Of a stretch of DNA of 64,000 nucleotides, positions 45,150 to 56,838 are shown in pieces; position 1 is the stretch's first letter; the number at the start of each line of letters is the position of its first letter. Position numbers and translations under genes: made by a program. The stretch spans positions 81,428 to 145,427 of the forward strand of contig NW_003314399.1 of assembly GCF_000143415.4 (NCBI RefSeq). Reading direction: 5' to 3'. The notes under the pieces are model-generated. The model did no database searches. It saw only the letters and a program-made list of their open reading frames with translations, and was not told where the DNA came from. The DNA comes from Selaginella moellendorffii (taxonomy: Eukaryota; Plantae; Lycopodiophyta).

Positions 45150-48100
45150 TCAAACAGGATTGGTTGAAACAGGAATATCTTGCTGCTGTTTATCAACATG
45201 GCCGTCTCCAAGCTGCAAGAAGAAAAGACTTGGCGTTAGCAGAGGATTGCTCGAAGATGGAAAGTTTACGCACTTCTACTTGTGATCTGGCTGGAAACAA
45301 AGAGATCATGTCGAGGTTCCAATCTATATTTCTGGAAGGAAACAAACGTTACTTTTATTACTATGAATGCGAGGTATTACCGTACCTTTGGTCTACTACT
45401 AGCTGCCAAATGTATGGCACAAAAAATTCCTCTGGGTGGAGCTCTTCTTCGTATGTAAATCGCAACTGTGTGAAGATCTGAGCAAAGAAAAGAGTTACCA
45501 ATACAGGCCTTGTTAAAAGCAGTAAAGTGGTAAGCTACCTTCATTCCTTCGCCTCTCCAGGACCTTGCGTTTGCGATTACTATTTGCAAGACTTTCTCGA
45601 CGGACCACTCCGCATTTGATTGCTGATCATCCATGCGGACGTTGAAGAAGTCTAGAACCTATGCACCGCCGCATGAAAACGTCAGAGCATTGGAGAGCAA
45701 TTCAACCAGAAACTCACATTGAAGATGTTTTCCAGGAGCTCATAGAAACGAGGATGCTCCTTAAACGGTTGAAACAACTCTTGTCTGTGCAAAAGCGCAT
45801 ACACAACCTGAAAACGAAAGCTTAGGATAAGAAGCTCGCTACAAACAGAATGCTCACCTCCGGATTTCTAGGAAGAGCGTACGTCAGGATCGCGTTAATG
45901 ATTTCCAGAACAATGCGCAAAAAATCAGTGTAGATATGTAGCTCTGTTGGCTGCAAGAAAACTTGCATTATTGAAACATCTGTAATCAATCCATCATTAC
46001 CCAACCTTCAGAGGAACCTAATGATTGCTCACCATATCCTCTGAAGCCTCAAAGCCTTCCACCTGACCGAGCTTTGCAACCGCAACCTTGACGTTGATAT
46101 TGGCATCCACAACCTTCTTGTATCTGTATCAAGGAGAAAAGCTTTGAGTGAAAGGAAGTTTGATTACGACACTTACTTTCGTGCGAGCATGTCGAAAAGG
46201 CTCACGAGCCTTTGAGACGCATAAGCATTGAGCTGATGCATGTGTGGGGCCATGTTCGCCAAAATGGCAAGACAGTTTGTGTGAAGAAATAGATCCTGCA
46301 AGAGAGAGACGTCACAATCGTTGAGGCCTCTAAAGAAAAAGCACTAGCTTACTCGAAGCTTAGACAGGTTGAACTTCACTGTTCTGATAAGAATGACAAC
46401 CATCAACGATCCCAGAGAAATCCCAGGAAGAAGGCGCTCTTTATACCAAGAAACCCCTGGTAATATCTGTAAGACTGGAGTCAATCACATGAAACTTTGG
46501 AGGACATGTACGTGCCAGCTTGTGTATGCTTGCGTTGAACGTCGAATCCTGGCTAAGTATAAGAAAGATAACCAGGAGCATGTATATTTGATTTGGAGTT
46601 CGTTTCTGTACATCATAAAGCATCTCTAGCACCGGCATAATCTGTTGTGTATACTGTGCATTAGAACGAAGAAAAGACGCCACAAAGCCAAGGCGTACCA
46701 GAGTGTCTAAATCAGTTCGCACTAGCACGTACTCCAAGAATGCCGGATTCCCATGGACAAGCGAGTAAAGGAGCAAAATAGTTGCGTCTTCGGTGAGGCC
46801 CCTGGAAACAAAAAAGCAACATCAATGTCTACTCAAGCAACCAATCGCACTACATACGGTCCAAGCCTATCAAACAAGGCCGCAAACGGAATTCGAACTC
46901 CCTGCCCAGCTTGCTCGATGTCTGCGATGTCAACTGTAGCAGCATACATATAATTAGAAAAAAAACGGACACACACAAATGAAAACTAAAGCATAGTTTC
47001 CACGTACAGTCTGTGTCTCTCGAGGATGATAGTGCTCGACGAAAAGGATTGTGCAGACCCACCGCCAAGTTTTCGGTACAAGGTTCTACATCATTGTCCA
47101 GAGGAGTAACATGGGTTCTCTTTCCATAGTGGACAAGAACCAAAAGCAGAAGCAAACTGTTATCCGCCAACGGGAATTTGGAAAAGCGGTCACTCCCGGG
47201 GCTCAACAAATACGTGTAGGTGTAATAAGGCAGCATAAACACCGTCGCTGGAAGAACGAAAAAAGAGCATAAGTCGCGCTTCGGCTTTTCATCTTCTTAC
47301 CAGCTGCTGAGCTCATTTTCCGTATAACACCCGTTTCTTTGTCCTGCGTCCCGTAGTACGCAGCTTCTGATGGCAAAGGAGTTCTTGCAATAAACGAAAG
47401 GAGCAGCTTGCGAATGAAAGGACCAACGACATAGCTTTCCTGTACATTTTCCATATGTGAAGACTCTGGATGTTAAAGAACATGATTTACATTATTTACC
47501 TGTGCAATAGCGGCATCTAGAAATGGATGAAAGCCTGCGCTCATAGGCGAATAAAGCTGTGTCGACATCATGACGAGAAGCAAGTTCACAAGCTCGAGGT
47601 GTAGCATGTACGTGTAAGGACTTACACAAAGAAAAAATGAGGTAACACATCCGTGGAAGTTACTTGAGGTCTAAGAATCACACTACGTACTTTATATCCG
47701 AGGCACCGATGAAAGTCAGCAATCCATGCAGCACTAGGCTGGGAACATTAAGATCGCCTGCTGGTTAAAGTCAACTTTAGAGATCCATAGCAAGATAAAA
47801 AGAAGAGAAAAGAGCGAGCCATGCATACCTTCGGGTAGCTTTGAGATCGCTGCGTCGTGATCACTGATGTGTAGAACGAGATGGCTCGAGAAAGACGAGG
47901 AAGAATTCTCGATCAAGTATTTGAGAAACACCCGAGAGAAGTACGTCGCATTGATAACTTTCACGGCGGAGGATTTAGATCCCGGCGAGGCAGTCACCTC
48001 TTGGATGCTCCACACGAGATGGACGAGCAATTTGGGGAAATGCCGAGTCTGGATATTGTTCTGAGCTGAAAGAGACAATCGCGAGAATTTTTGCCTCAGC

Positions 48101-48319
48101 AGCCGATCCGCGAAGGAAGAATCGGTGCTTACCGAGTAGCGCGCCAGCTTCATTCACTCGCTCCACGGACCATTCGAATGCCGGAGGCAGCAGCAACAGC
48201 TTCTCCCAAAAGCTGGAGCTTAGATCGTAAATTCGGCCACCTACCATCGCCCCGAGAAGATAATCGCGGTGTTCTTCCGGCCGCGCATCAGGCCGCGGCG
48301 TCGATGCTGTCCCCCCCAT
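45150..48319 (-). CDS. DYM: Dymeclin (Dyggve-Melchior-Clausen/Hid1 family), multi-exon
   Basis: N-terminal MGGTAST myristoylation-type start; [20 protein letters not shown]; [14 protein letters not shown]; [17 protein letters not shown]; [16 protein letters not shown]. The 3' end is approximate. Confidence 0.88.
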
Positions 48320-48457
48320 CGCCGAGCTCTCGAGCTCCCCAGCTCAGATCTACGCGCCCTAGAAATATTTTCGTGAGAGCACGTTAGTTAGCCCTAAAAT
48401 ATCTTTTTTGTGCCACACAAGAGGGAAGAGGGTTTCCTCTTCTTCTTCCTCGCGGGG

Positions 48458-49349
48458 ATGGGAGCGCGAGCTCCATCGCTGCAAGAGCTTTGCATCCACA
48501 CCGCCATCGATAATCTCCACAGGTTTGGCGATGTCGGCGACACGGATCTGGATCTCCTGCGCATCATCCTGCCGCATTGCACGACGGACCAGCTGCGGCA
48601 CATCGAGAATTGTAGCAAGGTCAGTGAGGATTTGCTTCCAGCGATGCGATTCCTGGCTCCTCCTCACAGGATAGGGATTTGGCACCCGTGACGAACGAGC
48701 TGTGGAAGAAATGCTACGGCCGTGATTTTGGCCCGCATAGCTTGGAGCTTGTGGAGTCCAAATTGAAGCATGCCTCCAAGAGCCAGTTTAAGTGGAGAGA
48801 TTTGTACGAGGTAATCTCTGGCCTGTGGTGATAGCATCTCTCACTTCTCTTGGTTTTGGTTTATTTTTTCCTCCTTTTTTTTTACTAGGCGAAGCTCAAG
48901 CATCGCGAAGAGAAGCAGCAAAAAGGCGTGGAGTTGCTCCAACGCTTACACATGGAAGAAGAATCCAGTAACTTGTTCTTCGTCTTTGAGTTTTCCTGAT
49001 TTACTCGATGCTGCTCGTGTCTATCCAGAGAAACAAAGCAGGCAGCTCAAGCGATGCTACAAATCTCCACCGGAGCCGAAGAGAAGCTTTGGCAGTGAGT
49101 AGACCGAAAGATCTTGTCAAGAAACGTCTCTGATCGTGGCGATTATTTTCGTCTCACTCCAGGTGGTGGATCTTCTGGCGCTTTCAGCAATGTGAAAGGC
49201 CGCCTCATGAGAAAAGCTCGAGTAGAGCACGCCGCCAGGTAAAGGCTTGTTCGCTTATTCATAGCGTCACCATTTTCTTTCCTTCTTTTCTTCACAGCCG
49301 AGAAGCAAAGATGATGGCATCCATAAGGAAGAAACACAAGAGCGTCTAA
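48458..49349 (+). CDS. Elongin A-like protein (Pol II elongation factor SIII subunit A domain), multi-exon
   Basis: BC-box-like APSLQELC; LGDVG-like FGDVGDTD; ILPHCTTDQL; later exons TNELWKKCY..DFG and FKWRDLYE. Confidence 0.8.
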
Positions 49350-49465
49350 GCAGTTCTCTCTTCTAGGTAGCGTGTAAATTCTTCCAGCATTCTAACAAGA
49401 ATTTCTTCCTAGATCCTTGTTCGCTCCAAAGAGAAGAATCGAAATCAAAATAAAGCCAAGCATGG

Positions 49466-51289
49466 ATGGAGAAGGAACCACTACTATCGCAGCTCGTCAA
49501 GCGCTGCATTAGATCCAGGGACTTACGCCAGGCCCGCAAACTCCACGCCCAGATCGTCGCCACCAACAGCCGCTACTTCCTCAACCTCCTCATCGACATG
49601 TACGGCAAATGCGGCGGCGTGGACGAGGCCCGCCGCGTCTTCGCCGCGGTAGCGCCGCAGTCCAACGTGGTCACCTGGAACGTCATGCTCACGGCATATG
49701 CCCAGAACGGGCATCTGGAGGACGCAAAATCCCACTTCGACGCCATGCCGCGGCGCAACGTGCTGACGTGGAATACCATGCTGTCGGCGGCATTTTCTAT
49801 GCCGCGCGGGACAGCCGCGGGCGCCGCGGCGGTCTTTGCCCGGATGCCGCAGCGTACGGCCGTGTCGTGGAACGCCATGGCTAGCGCATATTCGCAGTAT
49901 GGGCATTTTGCCGAGGCCAAGAACACGCTTGATAGAGCTCCAGAGAGGGATCGTGTCTCCGGGCTGTGCGCGATTCACGCGCTAGGGCAGCTGGGGCGGT
50001 GCCGCGAGGCGAGGGAGATCTTCGAGGGGCAGGAGCGGCGGGATCTGGCGGCATGGACGAGCATGCTGCTGGCGCTGGTTCACGCTGGAAATCCAAGCTT
50101 CCTTCTCGATGCTGCCATGGGATTGTTCGCGAGAATGCCGGCGTGGGATGGAATCCCCTGGGCCGCGATGATCGGGCTGTGCGGCGAGGCCGGGCGAGTG
50201 GAATCCGCCAAGAGTCTGTTCGACGCGATGCCGGAGAGGGATGTTTTCCCGTGGGGGGCTTTGATCCAGGCGCATGCGCTGGATCAAGATCTGGAACAGG
50301 CGAGGAGGGCGTTCGATCGAATGCCGCAGCACAATCTCCAGTCGTGCACGAGCATGATCACGGCATTCGCACAGGGGCGCGATCTGGAGCAAGCGCAGCG
50401 AGTTTTCGATGGAATGGGCGAGCACGACGTGGTGTCAAGGACGAGCTTGATCCAGGCCTATGCTCTAAACGGGCATATCGATCGCGCTAGAACGATGATG
50501 CTCGCTAGCAAGGGGGGCCACGATCTTGTTCTGTGGAACACGATGCTCGCAGCGTATGCCCTGCTTGGGCATCTGGAAGAAGCTAAGATCTTGTTCGATC
50601 GGATACCACATCGAAACATTGGTTCATGGAACGCCATCTTGCTGGCTTACATTCACAAGAACGATCTCATCCGAGCTAGAGAAGCGTTTGATTCGATGCT
50701 AGAGCGCAATCCCACGTCGTGGACGATGATGCTCGCGGCGTATGCCTTGAATGGGGATGTGGTTCGCGCGGGCGAGCTCTTCCAATCGGTGCCACACCAG
50801 GACGAGATCGCGTGGACGCTGATGATCCAGGCGAACTGCCACAAGGGCGAATGCAAGCAAGCTCTAGCGCTGCTGCGGTCCATGGATTTGGATGGAATTC
50901 GCCCAAACTCGATCACATTCTTGGTGATCCTCCACGGATGTAGCCACGCGGGGATGGTGGAAGAGGGCAGGGATTGCTTCCTGGCGATGAGCAGCGTCTA
51001 TGGTATCGCGCCAGAGCACGATCACTACTGTTGCATTGTGGATTTGCTGGGGCGATCCAACCGACGGTTGCTGGACGACGCGGAGGAGCTTGTGGAATCG
51101 ATGCCCTACTTGCCCGGGCCGGTGGCGTGGGCGGCGCTGCTGGGCGCGTGTAGGGTTCATGGCGACGTCGAGAGGGGCGCTCGAGCTGCCAAGAATGTGG
51201 TGAAGCTCGATCCAGGGAACTCCTCCGCGTTTATGTTGCTTTCCAATGCGTGCTCTTCGCAAATCTCCATCACTGCCAGAGATGGGTAG
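49466..51289 (+). CDS. PLS-class pentatricopeptide repeat protein with partial E domain, no DYW
   Basis: Repeated motifs such as NVVTWNVMLTAYAQNG..AK..FD.MP; HYCCIVDLLGR; WAALLGACRVHG. Confidence 0.93.
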   Translation: MEKEPLLSQLVKRCIRSRDLRQARKLHAQIVATNSRYFLNLLIDMYGKCGGVDEARRVFAAVAPQSNVVTWNVMLTAYAQNGHLEDAKSHFDAMPRRNVLTWNTMLSAAFSMPRGTAAGAAAVFARMPQRTAVSWNAMASAYSQYGHFAEAKNTLDRAPERDRVSGLCAIHALGQLGRCREAREIFEGQERRDLAAWTSMLLALVHAGNPSFLLDAAMGLFARMPAWDGIPWAAMIGLCGEAGRVESAKSLFDAMPERDVFPWGALIQAHALDQDLEQARRAFDRMPQHNLQSCTSMITAFAQGRDLEQAQRVFDGMGEHDVVSRTSLIQAYALNGHIDRARTMMLASKGGHDLVLWNTMLAAYALLGHLEEAKILFDRIPHRNIGSWNAILLAYIHKNDLIRAREAFDSMLERNPTSWTMMLAAYALNGDVVRAGELFQSVPHQDEIAWTLMIQANCHKGECKQALALLRSMDLDGIRPNSITFLVILHGCSHAGMVEEGRDCFLAMSSVYGIAPEHDHYCCIVDLLGRSNRRLLDDAEELVESMPYLPGPVAWAALLGACRVHGDVERGARAAKNVVKLDPGNSSAFMLLSNACSSQISITARDG

Positions 51290-51297
51290 GATAGTCG

Positions 51298-51412
51298 TGT
51301 TCTTCATCTCTTTCTCGATCGAGCGTTCATCTCTTTCGATCAAGCGTTCTTCATCTCTTTCGATCGAGCGTTCTTCATCTCGTTCGATCGAGTGTTCATC
51401 TCTTTCGATCGA
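51298..51412. repeat. ~21-24-bp tandem repeat (TCTTCATCTCTTTCGATCGAGCGT x~5)
   Basis: Seen directly, between convergent 3' ends. Confidence 0.85.
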
Positions 51413-51540
51413 CCGTGTCATCTGGAAAGATTCGTTGATCCATTGAAAGCTACGAGCTGATCGACACAGGAAATTCTAGAAAAAAAAAGCCTTGATTCTT
51501 CTCAAAAAGAGCTTGAGATGTGACTGATCGATCGAAAGTT

Positions 51541-52606
51541 TCATGGGTCCTGGAAGCGGAGATGCTTGCCAGCGGCGATTGGGACCCCGTTGAGCTTGGT
51601 GATCGATGGTGATGGCTCCGCCACTGGTGGCGGTGATGGTGGATCGATCACTTCCTCCTCCAGCAGCTCGTCATCGCTGTTATACTTGTAGCGGATGTGC
51701 TTTCCAGCGAATTGGACGAAGAGTGGTTTCTTGGATACACAGATTCCACTCACCCCGCGGCATAGCTCGTCATCCACAACCTCGTCCTCTTCCTCTTCCT
51801 CGTCGAATTCTTCCTCTTTCTCGGCCCCGGGGTTTTGATCGATCGCTCCTTCGTCCTCAAACTCGGGATCTACGAGCTTGGAAGTGTGATCGCGCATCGC
51901 CCATGGATTTGGGCAACTTGGATTCGCCTTCCCGTTCTTCTGGATCACGGGTTCTTCCTCTTCTTCCTCCACGCTCTTCTGGGGCGAACTTACATTCACA
52001 TCCACTGACCAGTTGGAGCTCTGGTCGTCCTCCTCCTCGGCTGGATCGTGGATAGCGATAGTGATCATCCCGCCGGCGGCGGCGGTGGCGCCACCAGCTG
52101 GGGTGTTTGCGGGCGTTGGGCCGCCATGATCCGAGCACGGCGACGAGTACACGAAGCTAGTCACCTTGCAAGGATCGACGGTCTCGAGCAAGGACTGGAC
52201 CTGAGATCTCAGCAAGCTCTCACCGGCCTCTTCTTCTTCCTCCAACACCACGGCCGCGCTCTTGTTCTTCGCGATCGCCATGGCCGCCGCCGGCGAGCCC
52301 TTGCACATCCCAGCGATGGGCGAATCGTTGGTCACGTCCGCCAGTGGCCGCCGCCGCGGGACCGCCGTCCTCCTCTTGCCGGGCACGCCGCACCGCCGCC
52401 ACCCGAGCTTCGCATGCTCCTCTGCCGCGATTGGATCGATCTGCAAATCCACTGGAGAGGCAGGCCAGGAAACAAAATCGATTTGGGCAATACAAGAAGG
52501 CGATCGAATCAAATCGAGAACACTCACCGGCTAAGATCACTTCCTCCTCCTGCTGCTGCTCCTTCCTTGCCTGGCTACGTGTTCTCCGGACTGGCACCGC
52601 CTCCAT
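51541..52606 (-). CDS. Uncharacterised acidic protein with D-box-like RRPLADVTN (exons 52606-52528, 52451-51541)
   Basis: GT-AG intron restores the frame; motifs GESLLRSQVQSLL, FAGKHIRY and GKHLRF. Confidence 0.7.
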
Positions 52607-53806
52607 AGCTAGGTACCAAAGCTCCACTGCCCCAAAACGCGAGCACTCTCTCCCATTTTAAAAGCCGGGGGGGTAGCATTCAAAATCCAGGTAGCCGTTG
52701 GGAGCCGAATATTCTATTCCTCTGGTTTGCCCTAAAAGTGTTTAGCCCTATTCAAGCCCTAAAAGAGCCCTAAGGGCAAAAAGTGGATTGGATATGTCTG
52801 ACGCCGACTTTTTTCTACAGCTGTACCAAATAGCAAATCTATCCAAATGTAAAAAAGCTTGCAATTTGCAAAGCTTGTTCGGTTGGGTTCTTCGTGATTG
52901 CCGGCACAACCAAAAGCCAATCACTCTTTCTTTCTTTTTTCTTACCCAGAGAGGAATGAAAGTTGAATGAGATTCGGGCAATCTCCCCGGCCTGGATGGG
53001 AGATTCCATTCTCTCCCATGATGTGTGTGGAAGATTTAGGGTTCTGGGCTTGTTGTGCAATCGCAATCGCACGCCTTTTGCGATCCGCTCCTTTATGGTA
53101 AGTGCCGGGGAGCAAATTCAGTGCAGCATGCACGTTGGATGCTCGAAATGCATGAATGAGTTTGGAGGCTTCCGTCGCTCGTCGTCGAGTATACGCGGCA
53201 CATGTACGCATATTCCAGCAAGCAAACAAAAGAACGGAAGAACTGCAGGAGCTACAGGACGAGTGCAAATGTCAAGGTGACAACACACGCTAGCTCGAAA
53301 CACTTCTAAAAACTGGGACACTACACCAGCGCCAAAACCATGGGAAAGCACCGGGGTGATGTTTTGGGTGATGTTTTAGATCGAATCACCACGGTCCAAG
53401 CCAAACGCCACGGAACAGTTGGGTTTGGATTGGGTCGTTCGTGGGGAACGCGACGGGCCTTAAATTTCCCTTGCCTGTGATTGGAGATAAAATTCCCTAC
53501 ACCCAAGAGGGGGGCTGCGTATAGTAGAACAACAAGTGGACCGAAGGCCGTCTAGTCTGTCCACCACACACTGGCCCTCTCTTTCTTTTGTTCCTGCGCT
53601 TCTAAAGATCGCGCCTTTGCAGTGCCTCGAATCTAAAACCCCCCAACAACCCAACACATTCAAGCCCAGATTTGGCGAGAGGTGTGATTTTGAGAGGCGA
53701 GCGCCCCTCCACAGATTAGGGTTCTTGAGAGTTGAGTTGAATAATCTTCTGCCCAGGATTCGATTCTACAGCCTAGCTCACAGCAGTACTAGTACTAGAG
53801 ACGAGA

Positions 53807-53828
53807 AGAGAGAGAGAGAGAGAGAGAG
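53807..53828. repeat. (GA)n microsatellite upstream of the NPR-like gene
   Basis: Seen directly. Confidence 0.85.
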
Positions 53829-53971
53829 GAGAAAAGAAATCGCTACTCCCTCCAGTGAAAGAATTTCTGGATGGATAGGACGATGATCGAGTAGGAGGCG
53901 ATTGGAATTCCGGGCTATGGCGCCACGAGCACGATAAGAGGAGGAGGAGGAGGTCCGAGGAGGGGGGATAG

Positions 53972-56433
53972 ATGGTCAATGTTAGCCGCGCGGCTAGCAG
54001 CGGCAGTATGACGTCGCGTCTCTCGCTGTCGCCGCCCACGCAGGGGCAGTGTACCGCGGGCGGCATGCAATCGCCGTCAATTGCCGCCAGCAGCTGTACG
54101 TCCGCTGGCGGGGGCGCTTGTGGCGGCGTGCTGGCGGCGACGCCCAACGACGGCAGTGGTAGCGGCGGGCTGGAGGAGGACCAATTGCAAGCGTGGGTGG
54201 GACTGAACAAGCTGGGGCAGGATCTCGAGGGACTGGTGACGAGCGCGGAGGACTGCCATTTCTACAGCGATGCCGAGATCATCGTTGCCGAGGGCGTGAC
54301 AGTGCCCGTGCACCGCTGCATCCTCGCGGCGCGCAGCCCATTCCTTCGCCGGATCTTCGCGGAGAAGCAGCGGGAGCAGCAGCGGGTCCAGGCAGCGGCG
54401 GTGGCGGTAGCGCCGCCGGAGAGGCGATCGAAGGCCGGGGAGAAGAGGAAGGAGCCGCCAGCAGCGGCGGCGGCGGCGGCGAGTGGCGGTAGAGGTAGCG
54501 GTAGCGGTCGGGTGGAGGTGGATTTGGCGGAGCTCGCGGGCGGGACTGGGAAGATTGGCCGGCAGGCGCTGATGATCGTGCTGGGATATTTCTATGGCGG
54601 CAAATTCCAGCGGATCGAGGAGGAATGCAGCGGCGTGACGTGCATGGATTCGCAATGCCCGCATGTGGCGTGCTGGCCGGTGATCGAGTTCTTGCTGGAG
54701 CTCCTCTTCGTGGGATCGCTGTTCCAAGTGTCGGACCTCAAGAGCATGGCGCAGGTAATAAAATCTTCCTTTCCCCCTTTCTCGATTTTAGGGTTCTTGG
54801 AGGGGATTTTGATCTCTCGCCTTCGTTCCATGGATGCAGGATCGTCTCCTCCGGCTCCTCCCCAAGACGCCGGCCGAGAACGTGCTCCAGATCGCGGCGG
54901 CGGCGGCCGCGCAGCAGGGATGCGAGGCGCTCCAGGAAATGTGCCTTCCAATTCTGGCCAGATCCAACACGCCGGCGCTGGCCATCGAGAAATCTCTCCT
55001 CGCGCACGCCCCGGCGCTGGTCCGCGACATCGCGCAGCTCCGCCACCGCCTTGGCATCCACCCGGTGGACGCCGCGGAGGACAAGCGGTGGCGCCGCGTC
55101 TACAAGGCGCTCGACTCCGACGACGTGGAGCTCATGGGGATGCTCCTCAGCGAGAGCAATTCCAGCGTGGATTCGGTGTATGCGCTTCACTACGCGGCCT
55201 CCTACTGTGATCGCAAGACGCTAACCGAGCTCCTGGATCTCGGCCTGGGTGACGTCAATCTCCGGGACCGATATGGCTATACCGTGCTGCACGCCGCCAC
55301 GCTCCGCCGGGTGCCCGAGGTGGTCGGGCTCTTGCTCGGCAAAGGCGCGTCGCCGCTCGACACCACGCCCGAGGGGTATACCGCGCTGCAAGTGTCGCGG
55401 AGGATCGCCAGGAACATCGAGCCGCTGGAGTCCGCCGAGGCCCGCGAGGACTGGCTGCGCGATAGGATTTGCGTGGAGATCCTCGAGCAGGCCGATCGCG
55501 CGAATCCTTGTCCGGTGTTCCCAGTGCCCATGGGCGAGAGGGAACTCTTGATGAGATTACTCTACTTGGAAAATCGAGGTAAAGTTCCATCTTCTCCTCC
55601 TTTGGTTCTTTGGTTTTTTGGAAGGAGTGATTTGCCAGCTTTCTTTCCTTCCATGACATGATCAAGTGATTGAGCTTAGCGATTGCAAAGAAAGAGAGCT
55701 TTGATTTTTCACTTTGACTATATGGTGTCTTGGTGTCTCTTTGATTGTTGTTTGTTTTTTCTTTGCTTTTGGTTTGAAGATAGTGATAGAACTTGCAAGT
55801 GTCAGGCTTTTTCCTGGACTGATTTCTTTCTAGCCAGTGTGCTTTAAAGTTTTTGGAGGATGTTCTCCTTTCCTCTTTATTGGCTGCTTCGAGGCTGGAA
55901 GAACTGGACTGATGGATGATGTTTTTACTGTTCCACAGTGGCATTTGCTCGACTTTTATGGCCGCGCGAGTGCAAAGTGGTGCTGGGACTGTCGCAGCTG
56001 GACACCACCAAGGAGTTCAGCATGGAAGACACGAGCAGCCTCATGGACCTCAACAAGGAGCCGACTCGATCCGACACGGACATAAACTCGTCGCTCCTCC
56101 AAAGAGTTAACGCTCTCCAGCGAGCAAGTAAGCACGGCACTGCGTCCTCCCGAGTTCCTGACTGTGACTTGTGTCGATGTTTTAGTTGAAGTTGGCCATC
56201 GATTCTTCCCGCGGTGCACAGCCATTCTAAACAGCTACATGGACGATGGATCGTTCGAGCATGAGTGCATCCAGAACCGGCGCATCCCCGAGGATCAACT
56301 CCGTCTGCTCGCCAAGCTCAAGAGGGTCACCGATGACAAGCAGCTGTCCGAGGCGTACCAAAGGGACGTGGAGGAGCATCACAACTTGGAGCATCACAAC
56401 TTTGGAGACAATGCCTGCTTGTATAGTAACTAG
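53972..56433 (+). CDS. NPR1/NPR3/NPR4-family BTB-ankyrin protein; exons 53972-54754, 54840-55578, 55939-56127, 56186-56433
   Basis: BTB (YSDAEI..VPVHRCILAARSPF); CMDSQCPHVAC; ankyrin (KALDSDDVEL, ALHYAASYCD); LLYLENRV; GHRFFPRC; four-exon NPR structure. Start codon uncertain. Confidence 0.93.
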
Positions 56434-56838
56434 AGAGCTAGCAAAATCTTAGAGCGATCAACTGTTTTCTTCGTTTTCTACTTTTTTGTTGTTTTAGGAG
56501 GGGAAACGATCGAACGTCCCTCAATCGAGTGAGTGAGAGTTGTGTAACATACCTTTCTTTACACGACAGTGTGCAGCCCAACTTGTTGTTTGTTTTCAAT
56601 GCCACCTTTTCTATGACATCGGCATAGATCTCGTTGAGATATCCAGTTTGACTTAGTTGTCCATTTGACTAGGGCTTATGTGCTAATAATTTAAAAACCC
56701 TAAACCACAAAAAGGCATCCAGCAAGAAGGACGAGGAATCTCTGTCGCCTACCACGAGACGGAGGATTCGATGCTAGATTCCAGATGCGCGGGGATAATA
56801 TTTCAAGGATCGAATGGCTAAGGATGATAGGAGAAGAG

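Noticed and set aside
49523-55531. Numerous antisense or alternate-frame ORFs over the PPR, D-box and NPR genes
   Set aside because: Shadow ORFs expected in high-GC coding sequence.
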